Below, piece by piece: positions 28,500 through 46,176 of a DNA stretch of 64,000 bases. Numbering within the stretch: position 1 is the stretch's first letter; each line of letters opens with the position of its first letter. Under the pieces are notes generated by a model. It was not told the DNA's origin and searched no databases. It saw only the letters and a list, made by a program, of their open reading frames with translations. Source of the stretch: Candidatus Latescibacterota bacterium (GTDB lineage Bacteria > Latescibacterota > UBA2968 > GCA-2709665). The stretch covers positions 2,848,001 through 2,912,000 of the forward strand of contig OZ241917.1 in NCBI GenBank assembly GCA_965203805.1, read 5' to 3'. The translations under genes were made by a program, and so were the position numbers.

Positions 28500-28803
28500 C
28501 GGATTTAGACTGCCATTTGGGTGAGAGGATGTTGTCCCTCTCGGCAGTCCGCCGATCGAAAATAGGCCACTCGAATCGGACTCATCGTATATGGCCCCGG
28601 CCATAGGTACATCTCTAACGCGGATTTGCTCAGCCCGAATCAAATAGACGGAAGTGAACGTCTGAGCCCGATTGACGTTGCAATCACTCCCCCTTGAGGG
28701 GGAGTCGCCTGCCTGCCGAGCAGGTCTCGGCGCAGGCAGGCCGCCATTGGCGGCGGTGGGGGGTTACCTACTCTGAGCACGGCGTCTGAGAAAGATGAAG
28801 AAA

Positions 28804-29037
28804 ATGGCCAGGGACAACGACGCGGTGCAGCGTTCAGGGCGTCGGGACAAACACACTTGGATCAGTCCTTCGGCAGCCAAACTCAAGCAGATATTTGGCG
28901 ACTCGCCCACGCCCCGGAATCTGACGCCGTACGAGATCGACCTGCTGCGGAAGGCTGCGAAGGAAACTGCGGAGGTCGTGAGCGAAGTCCCGGCGAAGGA
29001 AAGAGTGGCTGGAGAGCAGGATGAAACCAGTCGATAG
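28804..29037 (+). CDS. Family-A protein copy 5
   Basis: MARDNDAVQRSG..NLTPYEIDLLRK, shorter C-terminus. Confidence 0.6.
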   Translation: MARDNDAVQRSGRRDKHTWISPSAAKLKQIFGDSPTPRNLTPYEIDLLRKAAKETAEVVSEVPAKERVAGEQDETSR

Positions 29038-29113
29038 GCTGTAAATTGATCTGGATCTATTGCGAATTATGTGCGGATATTATGGACGTTTAGTCATGAA
29101 CAGGAGGACGTCG

Positions 29114-29422
29114 ATGACCAACATGCGTTGGATGGAGGCCATCGAACAATGGCGCAGCCTCCCGGCGGAGGAACGTCGACGCCGGCATCTGGACGCGATT
29201 CCCCGTCACGTGGCGAATTCGATGGCGATGGAGGGCGAGCCGGTGGACGAGGCCTGGATTCGGGAAAGACTCGCCCGCGCCCCTGAATTTGACGCCGTAC
29301 GAGATCAAGCTGCTGCAGTGCAAGAAGGAGATCGCCCAATAGCAGTTGTTCCCCGGACGAAGAGCAATCGCCTGTTACTGCCAACTACTGCAATGAGGCC
29401 GGGCCTTGCGGCCCGGAAGTGA
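29114..29422 (+). CDS. Small VbhA-like (Fic antitoxin motif) protein whose 3' end is replaced by a family-A fragment
   Basis: AGGAGG RBS; ANSMAMEG fits (S/T)xxxE(G/N); from GACTCGCCCGC (29268) the DNA is family-A sequence read out of frame. Confidence 0.5.
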   Translation: MTNMRWMEAIEQWRSLPAEERRRRHLDAIPRHVANSMAMEGEPVDEAWIRERLARAPEFDAVRDQAAAVQEGDRPIAVVPRTKSNRLLLPTTAMRPGLAARK

Positions 29423-29496
29423 CACGCTCTACGCGTACATAACCGAAAACTTCTCTACTTCAATGAGGCCTAGAAACATGATAGCGTCCAGGAGAT
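29387..29496 (-). CRISPR. Single-spacer CRISPR-like mini-array (type I-G-like repeats)
   Basis: Minus strand: degenerate repeat ending GGCCTCATTGAAGT, 36-nt spacer, then ACTTCCGGGCCGCAAGGCCCGGCCTCATTGCAGT; the main repeat ends GGCCTCATTGAAGC. Confidence 0.82.
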
Positions 29497-29511
29497 GGTT
29501 CAAATTAAAAC

Positions 29512-29540
29512 TTGACAGAAGTATTTGGTTATGATATTTT
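29512..29540 (+). promoter_or_regulatory. Sigma70 promoter upstream of the cas3 stub
   Basis: TTGACA-17 nt-TATTTT with an AT-rich upstream tract. Confidence 0.7.
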
Positions 29541-29633
29541 AATTTTTAAGCTTGATTCAGTCGATGCGATGCGGGCAAGCCCAATAGATGTACTACCTCG
29601 AGGGTTAAATCAAACAAAAAAGGAACACGCAGT

Positions 29634-29816
29634 ATGTCGTTTGAGCAATTCTTCTCCACAGCGTTCGGCAAAGACCTCAGTCCTTACGACTATCAGCACG
29701 CACTCGCAAAACAGGCATGGCCAGACGCACTCATCGCTCCGACAGGCCTCGGCAAGACCGACGTGTCGTGTTGTCTATTGTCTGCCCTTGAGTACACTCG
29801 TCGAGCATACGGGTAG
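29634..29816 (+). pseudogene. cas3: 5' fragment of a type I-G cas3
   Basis: MSFEQFF..PYDYQ..LA...LIAPTGLGKT (Q motif plus Walker A), then unrelated sequence and a stop; AAGGA RBS. Confidence 0.78.
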
Positions 29817-29821
29817 GCAAT

Positions 29822-30000
29822 AGGCCGACTCGCCCGGCTGCCGGAGTTTGACGTATTACGAAATCGATCTGACGCGGAAAGGCAAGAAGCAGATAGCCCC
29901 GGTCGCGGGCGAAGTCGTTGCGAAAAAAATTGTGTCTGGAGATCAGGATGAAACACAAGCAACGATGGAAGCAGACGAACAGCGCGAGGAACTCCGCTAA
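29822..30000 (+). pseudogene. Degenerate family-A fragment, followed by an ORF-D tail and an MNT 5' stub (to ~30110)
   Basis: GACTCGCCC..TTGACGTATTACGAAATCGATCTG..GAACTCCGCTAA, then GGATCGAGACCATCAG..ATGCACTCAATAATCGAACAACAC. Confidence 0.75.
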
Positions 30001-30174
30001 GGATCGAGACCATCAGCGCGCCCTGCTCATCAAGCGCTGGCTGGACGGGCAGTAAGGATACGGTAGCAATGCACTCAATAATCGAACAACACAGCGCCGA
30101 GATTCTCGCACAGAATACAAAAAGAAAACGGGCTAATACGCATTTGGACGTTGGCGGTTTTGAGGGAGAACACC

Positions 30175-30366
30175 ATGGAATCTATTCAATCTCGCGTATA
30201 CGAATATCTGAAGCGCCGGAAAAACGGCGCTTCCGTGCTGGACATGGCCACAGCCCTGAACTTAGACTGCAAACAGGTACGCGGCGGCATTGACCGATTG
30301 AGAGACCAAGGCATCGAGATCGACAACGAACCCCCGCGAAGTAAGAATTTCAAGCTTCGCAGGTGA
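30175..30366 (+). CDS. Small winged-HTH-like protein
   Basis: GGGAG RBS; QSRVYEYLK...SVLDMATALNL..KQVRGGIDRLRDQG. Confidence 0.55.
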   Translation: MESIQSRVYEYLKRRKNGASVLDMATALNLDCKQVRGGIDRLRDQGIEIDNEPPRSKNFKLRR

Positions 30367-30382
30367 GCCCATAGCTACTTAA

Positions 30383-32063
30383 CCCCAATTATTCACAAAA
30401 AAGGTAGTTTCCATACCCAAGTCATTGTATTATATTGTGGTTACGCAAATAACCATAACACAATGAAACAGGAGGAAACTACCGTGGAAGTTCAAGATAA
30501 ACAAGCCGCACTTCCTTTCGCAAGTATTTCTGGCAAGCAGGTAGAAGCGGTCTTCGATGGCGGTGTGCTCACCAGCGATATGGGTTTGATGCTGCTTCGA
30601 GAGGTGGAGTCCAAAAACGGCATCCTGTCTCGGATCGTCGAGGCGTTGCCGGACCGTCGGCATCCCAGTTACGTGGATCACCCGATGGCGGATCTGATCA
30701 GCCAGCGTGTCTTTCAGATCGCGTGCGCGTATGAGGATGCGAACGATTGCAATTTGCTGCGCTTTGACCCTGCGTTCAAGGCGGCCTGTGATCGGTTGCC
30801 GATATCAGGGGCGCCGTTGGCCAGCCAACCCACGATGAGTCGATTGGAAAACGGCATTCGTCGCCGGGACTTATATCGCATTGCCGAGGCCCTTGTGGAC
30901 GGATTCATCGCGTCCTACGATAGGCCTCCCGAAGGGGTCGTTCTGGATATCGATGACACCGATGACGAGGTTCACGGCAAGCAACAGTTGTCGTTTTTCA
31001 ATGGCTATTACAATGAACGCTGTTATTGTCCCTTGCACATTTATGAAGGCCGGACAGGAAGACTGATCACGACGCTTTTGCGTCCGGGCGCCCGTCCTAC
31101 CGGCAAACAGATTGTCAGCATTCTCAAGCGACTGGTGAAAATGCTTCGTGAGGCGTGGCCGGACGTGGGTATCTATTTACGTGGCGATGGCCATTTTTCC
31201 TGTCCTGAGGTCCACGACTTTTGCGACGAGCAAGCGGTGTATTTTACGCTGGGACAGACGGGCAATGCCAGGCTTGCACAACGGGGACACGCGTTGATCG
31301 AGCAGGCAAAGGCCCGGTATCGGGAAACCGGACAGCCCGTGCAGTTATTTGCCAGTTTCGATTACCAGGCAACGACTTGGGCCGTGCCAAGACGCATCAT
31401 CTACAAAGCTGAAATCACCGCCTCGGGGCAAGCCAATACACGCTTTGTCGTCACCAACCTGAAAAGTAGCCAGCCCTCATTCATCTACAAAACCGTCTAT
31501 TGTGCGCGCGGCAGGATGGAAAACTTCATCAAGAATCACAAAACCTTTCTCCATTCCGATCGCACCTCCTGCCACACCTTCGAAGCCAATCACTTCCGTC
31601 TCCTGCTGCATAGTGCCGCTTATGTCTTGATGCACACCCTTACCGAAAAAGGACTCCGGACCACCCAATGGACGCACGCCCAGTTTAATACCATTCAGAA
31701 TCGCATCCTCAAAGTCGCAGGGAGCGTGTCCGAACTCAAAACCAAAATCAAACTCCATTTGCCAACCTCATTTCCCTTGAAACACCTCTATGACACCATC
31801 CTCTGTAATTTGGCAATGGCAGTTCCATAACGCCGCTTCACGCAGGTCCCGCCATCCCTTGATCATAGCCGCCAGGTAAGACCAAGGCATCCGTCCGTCC
31901 TCTCAAACCACAAATTCACGAACTCGACACCCCTTGATGCTGACGGCCCAACCAAAATCACTCATCAACCCGCCAACAACACCTCATTCTATTGTTTTCT
32001 CTTCTACAGAACACTTCCTACTTCCAAAAATACTGTTCCGGTCAATTTCATGAATAGGTCGGG
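30383..32063 (+). mobile_element. IS1380 family insertion sequence (1681 bp)
   Basis: Imperfect terminal IRs CCCCAATTATTCACAAAA / CCCGACCTATTCATGAAA (13/18); TTAA duplication at 30379-30382 and 32064-32067. Confidence 0.88.
30463..31830 (+). CDS. IS1380 family DDE transposase
   Basis: FDGG.LTSD.G, YEDANDC..LR.DP, LASQPTMSRLEN, LDIDDTDD, RGDG, Y..RG.MEN.IK. Confidence 0.93.
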   Translation: MKQEETTVEVQDKQAALPFASISGKQVEAVFDGGVLTSDMGLMLLREVESKNGILSRIVEALPDRRHPSYVDHPMADLISQRVFQIACAYEDANDCNLLRFDPAFKAACDRLPISGAPLASQPTMSRLENGIRRRDLYRIAEALVDGFIASYDRPPEGVVLDIDDTDDEVHGKQQLSFFNGYYNERCYCPLHIYEGRTGRLITTLLRPGARPTGKQIVSILKRLVKMLREAWPDVGIYLRGDGHFSCPEVHDFCDEQAVYFTLGQTGNARLAQRGHALIEQAKARYRETGQPVQLFASFDYQATTWAVPRRIIYKAEITASGQANTRFVVTNLKSSQPSFIYKTVYCARGRMENFIKNHKTFLHSDRTSCHTFEANHFRLLLHSAAYVLMHTLTEKGLRTTQWTHAQFNTIQNRILKVAGSVSELKTKIKLHLPTSFPLKHLYDTILCNLAMAVP

Positions 32064-32151
32064 TTAAATGATCCCTGCAAATCCAAAAGCGTATCAGCCC
32101 GTAAAGAATCCTGATGCTTACGTGGACACCTGAAGACAAAAGGAGGAACGA

Positions 32152-38819
<6,668 letters not shown>

Positions 38820-38926
38820 CATTCAGTCTTTACAAATGAAGCGAAGACATCTACACTGATTCATCTGGCATTGGCGGCGGCCTCTACGCATTGTGGAGGT
38901 CAGAACACCCAAAGAGCTAATCCAAT

Positions 38927-39010
38927 ATGGCCACGAGTAACAAGCGGTTCGACGCCGTCCGGATGATGCGCTCAATCCGAGACGCGTTGAGCGAACAAAT
39001 CGAGACATGA
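38927..39010 (+). pseudogene. Frameshifted copy of the family-E small protein (see 48385)
   Basis: MATSNKRFDAVRMMRSIRDALSEQIET then stop; MNFEEE continues in another frame, matching MTFEEE of 48385..48597. Confidence 0.7.
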
Positions 39011-39318
39011 ATTTCGAGGAAGAGTGGGAGGCCCGGGAGCGCGAGAAGAGGCGCGCCTCGCTCAGCCCGATTGAGCGCGAGATTGAGGAGATTCTCGACG
39101 CCCGGCGGGACAAGAACATGCCGGAGATCACCGCGATCATGCAAGAGGTCAGCAGCGGCCGCTGGGCCGACGCGGCCAGGATCGCAGTCGCACGGTGGCT
39201 CGAGATCAGGATGAGACGTGAGCAACGGTGGAAGGAAAGGAGCGCCGCGAAGAATCCCGCTAAGGATCGCGACCATCAGCGTACCCTGCTCATCAAGCGC
39301 TGGCTGGACGGCGAGTAA
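39007..39318 (+). pseudogene. ORF D: probable C-terminal remnant of a larger gene, resembling the tail of type III-B Cmr6
   Basis: ASLSPIEREIEE..GRW..WKE..AKNPAKDRDHQRTL.I..WL recalled from Cmr6 C-termini (not database-checked); followed by an MNT 5' stub at 39332. Confidence 0.45.
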
Positions 39319-39407
39319 GGATACGGTCGCAATGCACGCAATCATCGAACAACACCGCGTCGGGATTCTCGCCCGCAACCGGGTGTAACTCTCACAGGAG
39401 CAATTGC

Positions 39408-39638
39408 GTGAATTCGGACCACGACACGGGACATCCGTCGGGAAGGGATGACCGGACCGCTGGACTTACGCCTTCGGTAGCCGAACTCAAGCGCCTAATC
39501 GGCCCCTCGCCCACGCCCCGTCATCTGACGCCGTACGAGATCGACCTGCTGCGGAAAAGCAAGCAGGAAGTCGATCAGGTATCGGGCGAAGTCTTTGCGG
39601 GGAAAACAGTGGCTGGAGACAAGGATGAAAACAGTTGA
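39408..39638 (+). CDS. Diverged family-A protein
   Basis: TPSVAELKRLIGPSPTPRHLTPYEIDLLRKSKQE; GTG start after AGGAG. Confidence 0.55.
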   Translation: MNSDHDTGHPSGRDDRTAGLTPSVAELKRLIGPSPTPRHLTPYEIDLLRKSKQEVDQVSGEVFAGKTVAGDKDENS

Positions 39639-39671
39639 TAGGCTGTAAATGGATCCCGAAGCTGTTGAAGC

Positions 39672-39972
39672 ATGGCAATTGAAGTTAAGGGCGGAAAAAA
39701 CGTCGGTATTCGTGACATGCGGGCATTGCATGGTGTGATGGAAAACGACCTGGCAATGATTTATCCCGCAACCGCTCGGAGACCGCAAAGAACAGAATTT
39801 CCGGCGCGAAATGGCGCAAGCCGGAGACGTGCGGATCGGACAAGCGACGTATCCTGCGCTCCAGATGCTGACCGTGGCGGACATATTCGAGGGCAAACGA
39901 TTCGATACGCCGGGAGCGGTAGGGCGTGGACTCAATCAACCACAACTCAGGTTAGAGAACCGGGCAGACTGA
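39672..39972 (+). pseudogene. Mrr-like restriction-endonuclease-domain fragment, copy 1 (frameshifted)
   Basis: IEVKGGKNVGIRDMRALHGV, internal deletion, then sequence parallel to 40380..40676. Confidence 0.65.
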
Positions 39973-39987
39973 GCGAAAGGAAGACAT

Positions 39988-40266
39988 ATGCCACCGAATC
40001 GCGCGCAAGTTAAGCAGTTCATCGAATCCGAATTTCCCAAGTTGGAACTGAAACCACTTCCGAAGCAGCCAGGGTGGTCCGTCTGGCAGGGTTTCGTGCG
40101 TATTGTCCGGTTCCGACAGGTAAACCCAAACAGGAAAGTAGAGTTCAAGCCCGTTGTTTCTGCCAAAAAAGAGAAAAACAGAGGGCTGACGATTGAATTA
40201 ACATCTGACTGGAAGAACCAGATTCGCAAAGCAATTGAACGGGAGTTAAGCCTTTGCGGGGAATAG
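39988..40266 (+). CDS. Hypothetical small protein
   Basis: AAGGAAG RBS, 92 aa, lower GC. Confidence 0.6.
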   Translation: MPPNRAQVKQFIESEFPKLELKPLPKQPGWSVWQGFVRIVRFRQVNPNRKVEFKPVVSAKKEKNRGLTIELTSDWKNQIRKAIERELSLCGE

Positions 40267-40379
40267 CATCCCGAAAGGCCAAGCCCATATCTTATAATCC
40301 CGTTTCCAAAAATGGGCAGTCGAGGAAGTGGACGGCTTTGTCACGACGAAACGGACGGCGGACGCCAGATCTGCAAAGC

Positions 40380-40676
40380 ATGGCAATCGAAGTCAAGGGC
40401 GGAAAGAACATCGGTATCCGCGACATGCGGGCGTTGCATGGCGTGGTCGAAAACGACGTGGCCATGATGGGCGGATTGATTGTCCTGGAGCCGCTCGGAG
40501 ACCGCAAAGAGCAAAATTTCCGGCGCGAAATGGCGCAGTCCGGAGACGTGCGGATCGGACAAGCGGCGTATCCGGTACTCCAGATGTTGACCGTGGCGGA
40601 CATATTCGACGGCAAGCGGTTCAATACGCCCGGAGCGGTCGGGCGCGGACTCAAGCAGCCGCAACTCAGATTGTAA
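40380..40676 (+). pseudogene. Mrr-like domain fragment, copy 2 (C-terminus of an MTase-endonuclease type gene)
   Basis: IEVKGG ExK-type motif, MGGLIVLE, YP.LQMLTV.DIFDGKRF; N-terminal part missing. Confidence 0.65.
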
Positions 40677-40721
40677 GGTCGAATCGGACTAAACCCGAGA
40701 CCACTATTGAGGGGAGAGCTT

Positions 40722-41000
40722 ATGGTGCCGAAGAGTTTGGAGAATTGTATTGCGGTCATAAAGACAATGCGCAAAACAAACATGAGTTACAAAGATGCGT
40801 GTGACGAAGTGTTGCGCGCGAAGAACGATGGGGTGGTTCTTGGAACCATTCGGGATTCTTGTACTCGATTTGGGAAGGGTGGGAAAAATCGGTTGAACGT
40901 TTCCGAAGTAGAGGATCAAGTCCAGACGGGCGAAATCGTCAACACTTTAAAGCGAGAATTTCCAAACCATACGGACTATATTGACTCCCATTTGGGATGA
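40722..41000 (+). CDS. Hypothetical small protein
   Basis: GGGGAG RBS, ATG at 40722, 92 aa. Confidence 0.6.
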   Translation: MVPKSLENCIAVIKTMRKTNMSYKDACDEVLRAKNDGVVLGTIRDSCTRFGKGGKNRLNVSEVEDQVQTGEIVNTLKREFPNHTDYIDSHLG

Positions 41001-41023
41001 ATCTCTATCGGAAAAGAGGCGAA

Positions 41024-41167
41024 ATGAAGGGATTTGATTGGTGGCACTACCCGCTTATCGCCGTCCCAGTAGCGATTGTTGTATTCATTTCTTGGCTGGC
41101 CTCCGCTGAACGCGCCGAACGCAAACGGGGGAAACGGTCCAAGAAAACCAACACCACAAGCCCATAA
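41024..41167 (+). CDS. 47-aa single-TM protein
   Basis: GAGG RBS; MKGFDWWHYPLIAVPVAIVVFISWLAS followed by a basic tail (hand-translated). Confidence 0.5.
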   Translation: MKGFDWWHYPLIAVPVAIVVFISWLASAERAERKRGKRSKKTNTTSP

Positions 41168-41183
41168 CTTATAATCCCGAAAC

Positions 41184-41400
41184 CGACAACGCGAAGCAGC
41201 GTTCAGGGACTCGGGACAAGCACACTCGGATCAGTCCTTCGGCGGCCAAGCTCAAGCAGATATTGGGCGACTCGCCCGTCTGCCGGAACCTGACGCCGTA
41301 CGAGATCGAACTGCTTCGGAAAAGCAAGAAGGAGATGGCCCAGGTCTTGCGCGAAGTGCTTGTGGAGAAGAAGGACGCGTCGCAGAGAAAGCCCGATTGA
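41184..41400 (+). pseudogene. Family-A fragment without a start codon, directly upstream of cas3 operon 2
   Basis: ..CAGCGTTCAGGG..CCTTCGGCGGCCAAGCTCAAGCAGATATTGGGCGACTCGCCC..CTGACGCCGTACGAGATCGAA. Confidence 0.8.
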
Positions 41401-41431
41401 AAGCGATGATGAACGCATAAGAGTGATGATT

Positions 41432-44208
41432 ATGCACGACGAATTCCAAAGTAGATTTGGGAAATTGATGGGGTTTCCCCCGTTCGAATGGCAGGAAGGT
41501 CTTTACCGCGACTTTTTTGCCAAAGGGCAGATCCCTTCCGCGCTTGACATTCCTACCGGTCTTGGCAAGACCTCGGTGATGGCAATCTGGTATCTGGCGC
41601 TGAAAGCCGGAGCCGCATTGCCTCGGCGTTTGGTCTACGTGGTCGATCGTCGTGCGGTGGTCGATCAGGCGACGACAGAGGCAGAGAAGATCAGGGAAAA
41701 GTCAGATGACGCCGCATTGCGCGTGAGTACGCTGCGCGGCCAGCATATAGATAATCGGGAGTGGCTCGCCGATCCTGCTACGCCGGCCATCGTCGTCGGT
41801 ACTGTTGATATGATCGGCTCTCGGCTCCTGTTTTCGGGTTATGGCGTATCGCGCAAGATGCGGCCCTATCATGCGGGCATGCTCGGCGCGGACGCGCTCG
41901 TCGTGCTTGATGAAGCGCACCTGGTTCCGCCGTTTGAAAAGCTTCTCGAAGCGATTGCAAACGGAGCCGACACATTCGGTCCCCACAAGCCAACAAACCG
42001 GGAGATCGTACCGCCACTCAAGCTGCTTTCGCTGTCGGCCACGGGGCGCGAAGATGACTCAGGTGGAAAAGCGATCTTTCGGCTTTCGCCCGAATGTCGG
42101 AAGGACGCGGCTGTCAGAAAACGCCTTGAAGCACGTAAACGGCTTACTATTCAGGTGCTCGATGGTGCGCCGAAGTTGGTGCCACAGCTTGCCGAGCGGG
42201 CATGGAGTCTCGGCAAGGAGCCGGCCCGCGTACTTGTCTATTGCGACCGTCGAGAGGATGCTTTGAAGGTGAAGGATGAGATTGAAAAGAAGTTCAAGAA
42301 GGAGAAACGGGAGCCCGTTTACGAACTCCTGGTTGGCGGGCGACGGGTGTTTGAGCGGGATTCACTTTCTGACTGGTTGAAAGAGCATGGTTTCTTTGGC
42401 GATGCCGAGGGACCACCTGAGCAGCCGACTTTTCTAATTGCGACCTCAGCGGGTGAGGTGGGCGTTGATCTCGACGCGGATCACATGGTCTGCGACCTGG
42501 TAGCGTGGGAACGCATGGTGCAGCGACTTGGCCGCGTGAATCGGCGCGGCAAGGGAAACGCTTGTATTGCGATTATTGCCGCGCCCCACCCAAAGGAAAA
42601 GGACGAGGAATGGAAGGATCGCTTAGCCCGTCTCAGGAAACCGTTGGATAGACTACGCCCCGCCAGCGAAATGGAGATTGTTAAGCCGGGCGGCCAACGT
42701 CGCTTGTCTCTTGCGGAGTGCACTGCAAGTGCCGACGGAAATCGCAAAGAAAAGTCGATGCAGACCTCTGACTACGAGGGACCACGTGACGGAAGTCCAG
42801 GCGCGATTCTGGATCTCAAAGAACGTGCGGAGCAAGACCGGGATCTGCGAAAAGCGATTGAGGAGGCAATGACACCGGAGCCACTGCGCCCCGCATTGAC
42901 CCGCGCCCTCGTTGACGCATGGTCGCTGACCTCATTGGACGAACACACAGGAAGACCGGAAGATATCCAGCCGTGGTTGCGTGGATGGGAGGAAGACCAA
43001 CGGCCGCAAACTACGGTCGTCTGGCGCGAACATCTGCCGGTACGCAGAGGTGGGCCAGAGGTAACGAAAAAAGACATCGAAGCATTCTTTGAAGCAGCGC
43101 CCCCACATGCCAGTGAGAAACTTGAGACCGAGACCCACAGAGTGGTTGAATGGCTTATGGAGCATGCAAAAAACGCCATTAACAGCGAATCCCGGGATGG
43201 AGTTGGCAATCAGGATTTGGCGCTGAGGCGGAAGGACGTCATTGCTTACATCTTGTCTCCCTCAATGGATTTATGGGACACGCTATGCGGAGACAGTCTC
43301 ATGAGGGGAGACAAGAAAGAAGAGAAAAAAACTAAAGAGAATTTGAAGAAAAACCTGATGGGCGGCACATTGGTCATGGATAGGCGCTTCGGCGGTCTTT
43401 CCAAGGATGGTATGCTTAACGAGGAGCTTGGCGTCTCGCCGCGTGTGATCGACGGTGACAAGGAATGGTTGTCCCTGCAGTCCGATGATTCACCGGTCGT
43501 TCGATTTCGGGTGCGTTCCGTCACACCGGAAGAGAGTGCCGAGCCCGATGGAAACTGGCGGGAACGTCATCGGTTCGAGATAGAGAAAACGGACGAAGGT
43601 GACGTCATACGCTGGCTTTTTGTCGAAAAGTGGCGCAGTGATTCTGAGACCGATGATGACCGTTCCGCCGGGCCTCCGCAGGAACTGGCGGAGCATCAAG
43701 CTTGGGCCGAATGCAAGGTGCGAACTCTGGCGAGTACCTTGCGGCTACCGAACCCCTGTGTCGATATGCTCGCTGTCGCGGCAGGACTCCACGACGAAGG
43801 CAAGCGCCACGAGCGCTGGCAGCGCGCCTTCAATGCACCACGCGACGGAAAGGTCTATGCCAAGACCAAAGGGCCGATCAGTGTGAAGCGACTGGAACAC
43901 TATCGCCATGAGTTCGGTTCGCTGCCTTGCATTGAAAGCGATGAAAAATTCAAAGCCTTGCCGTGCGATCTTCAAGAACTTGCTCTGCATCTGGTCGGAG
44001 CGCACCACGGCTGGGCCCGGCCTGTAATCCCCACAGGTGGCAGCGACGGTCCGCTCTCCGTACTTGAAAAGCGTGCCCGCGATGTCGCACTACGCTTTGC
44101 GCGACTCCAGAAGCGATGGGGACCGTGGGGATTAGCTTGGCTGGAAGCACTCTTGCGCGCCGCAGATCAGCAAGCGTCAGGTGACAATGACGCCGGGGAG
44201 GGTGCCTG

Positions 44209-44209
<1 letters not shown>
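41432..44209 (+). CDS. cas3: Type I-G Cas3 with C-terminal HD domain, operon 2
   Basis: PFEWQ, IPTGLGKT, VDRRAVVDQ, DEAH, QRLGRVNRRG, LHDEGK, YRHE, HHGWARP, LRAAD. Confidence 0.93.
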
Positions 44210-46168
<1,959 letters not shown>

Positions 46169-46176
46169 GTTGAACT

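Noticed and set aside
38855-38893. TCATCTG..GCGGCCTC..CATTG as a degenerate CRISPR repeat after operon 1
   Set aside because: Needs multiple gaps, has no hairpin and no partner repeat; more likely a coding remnant.
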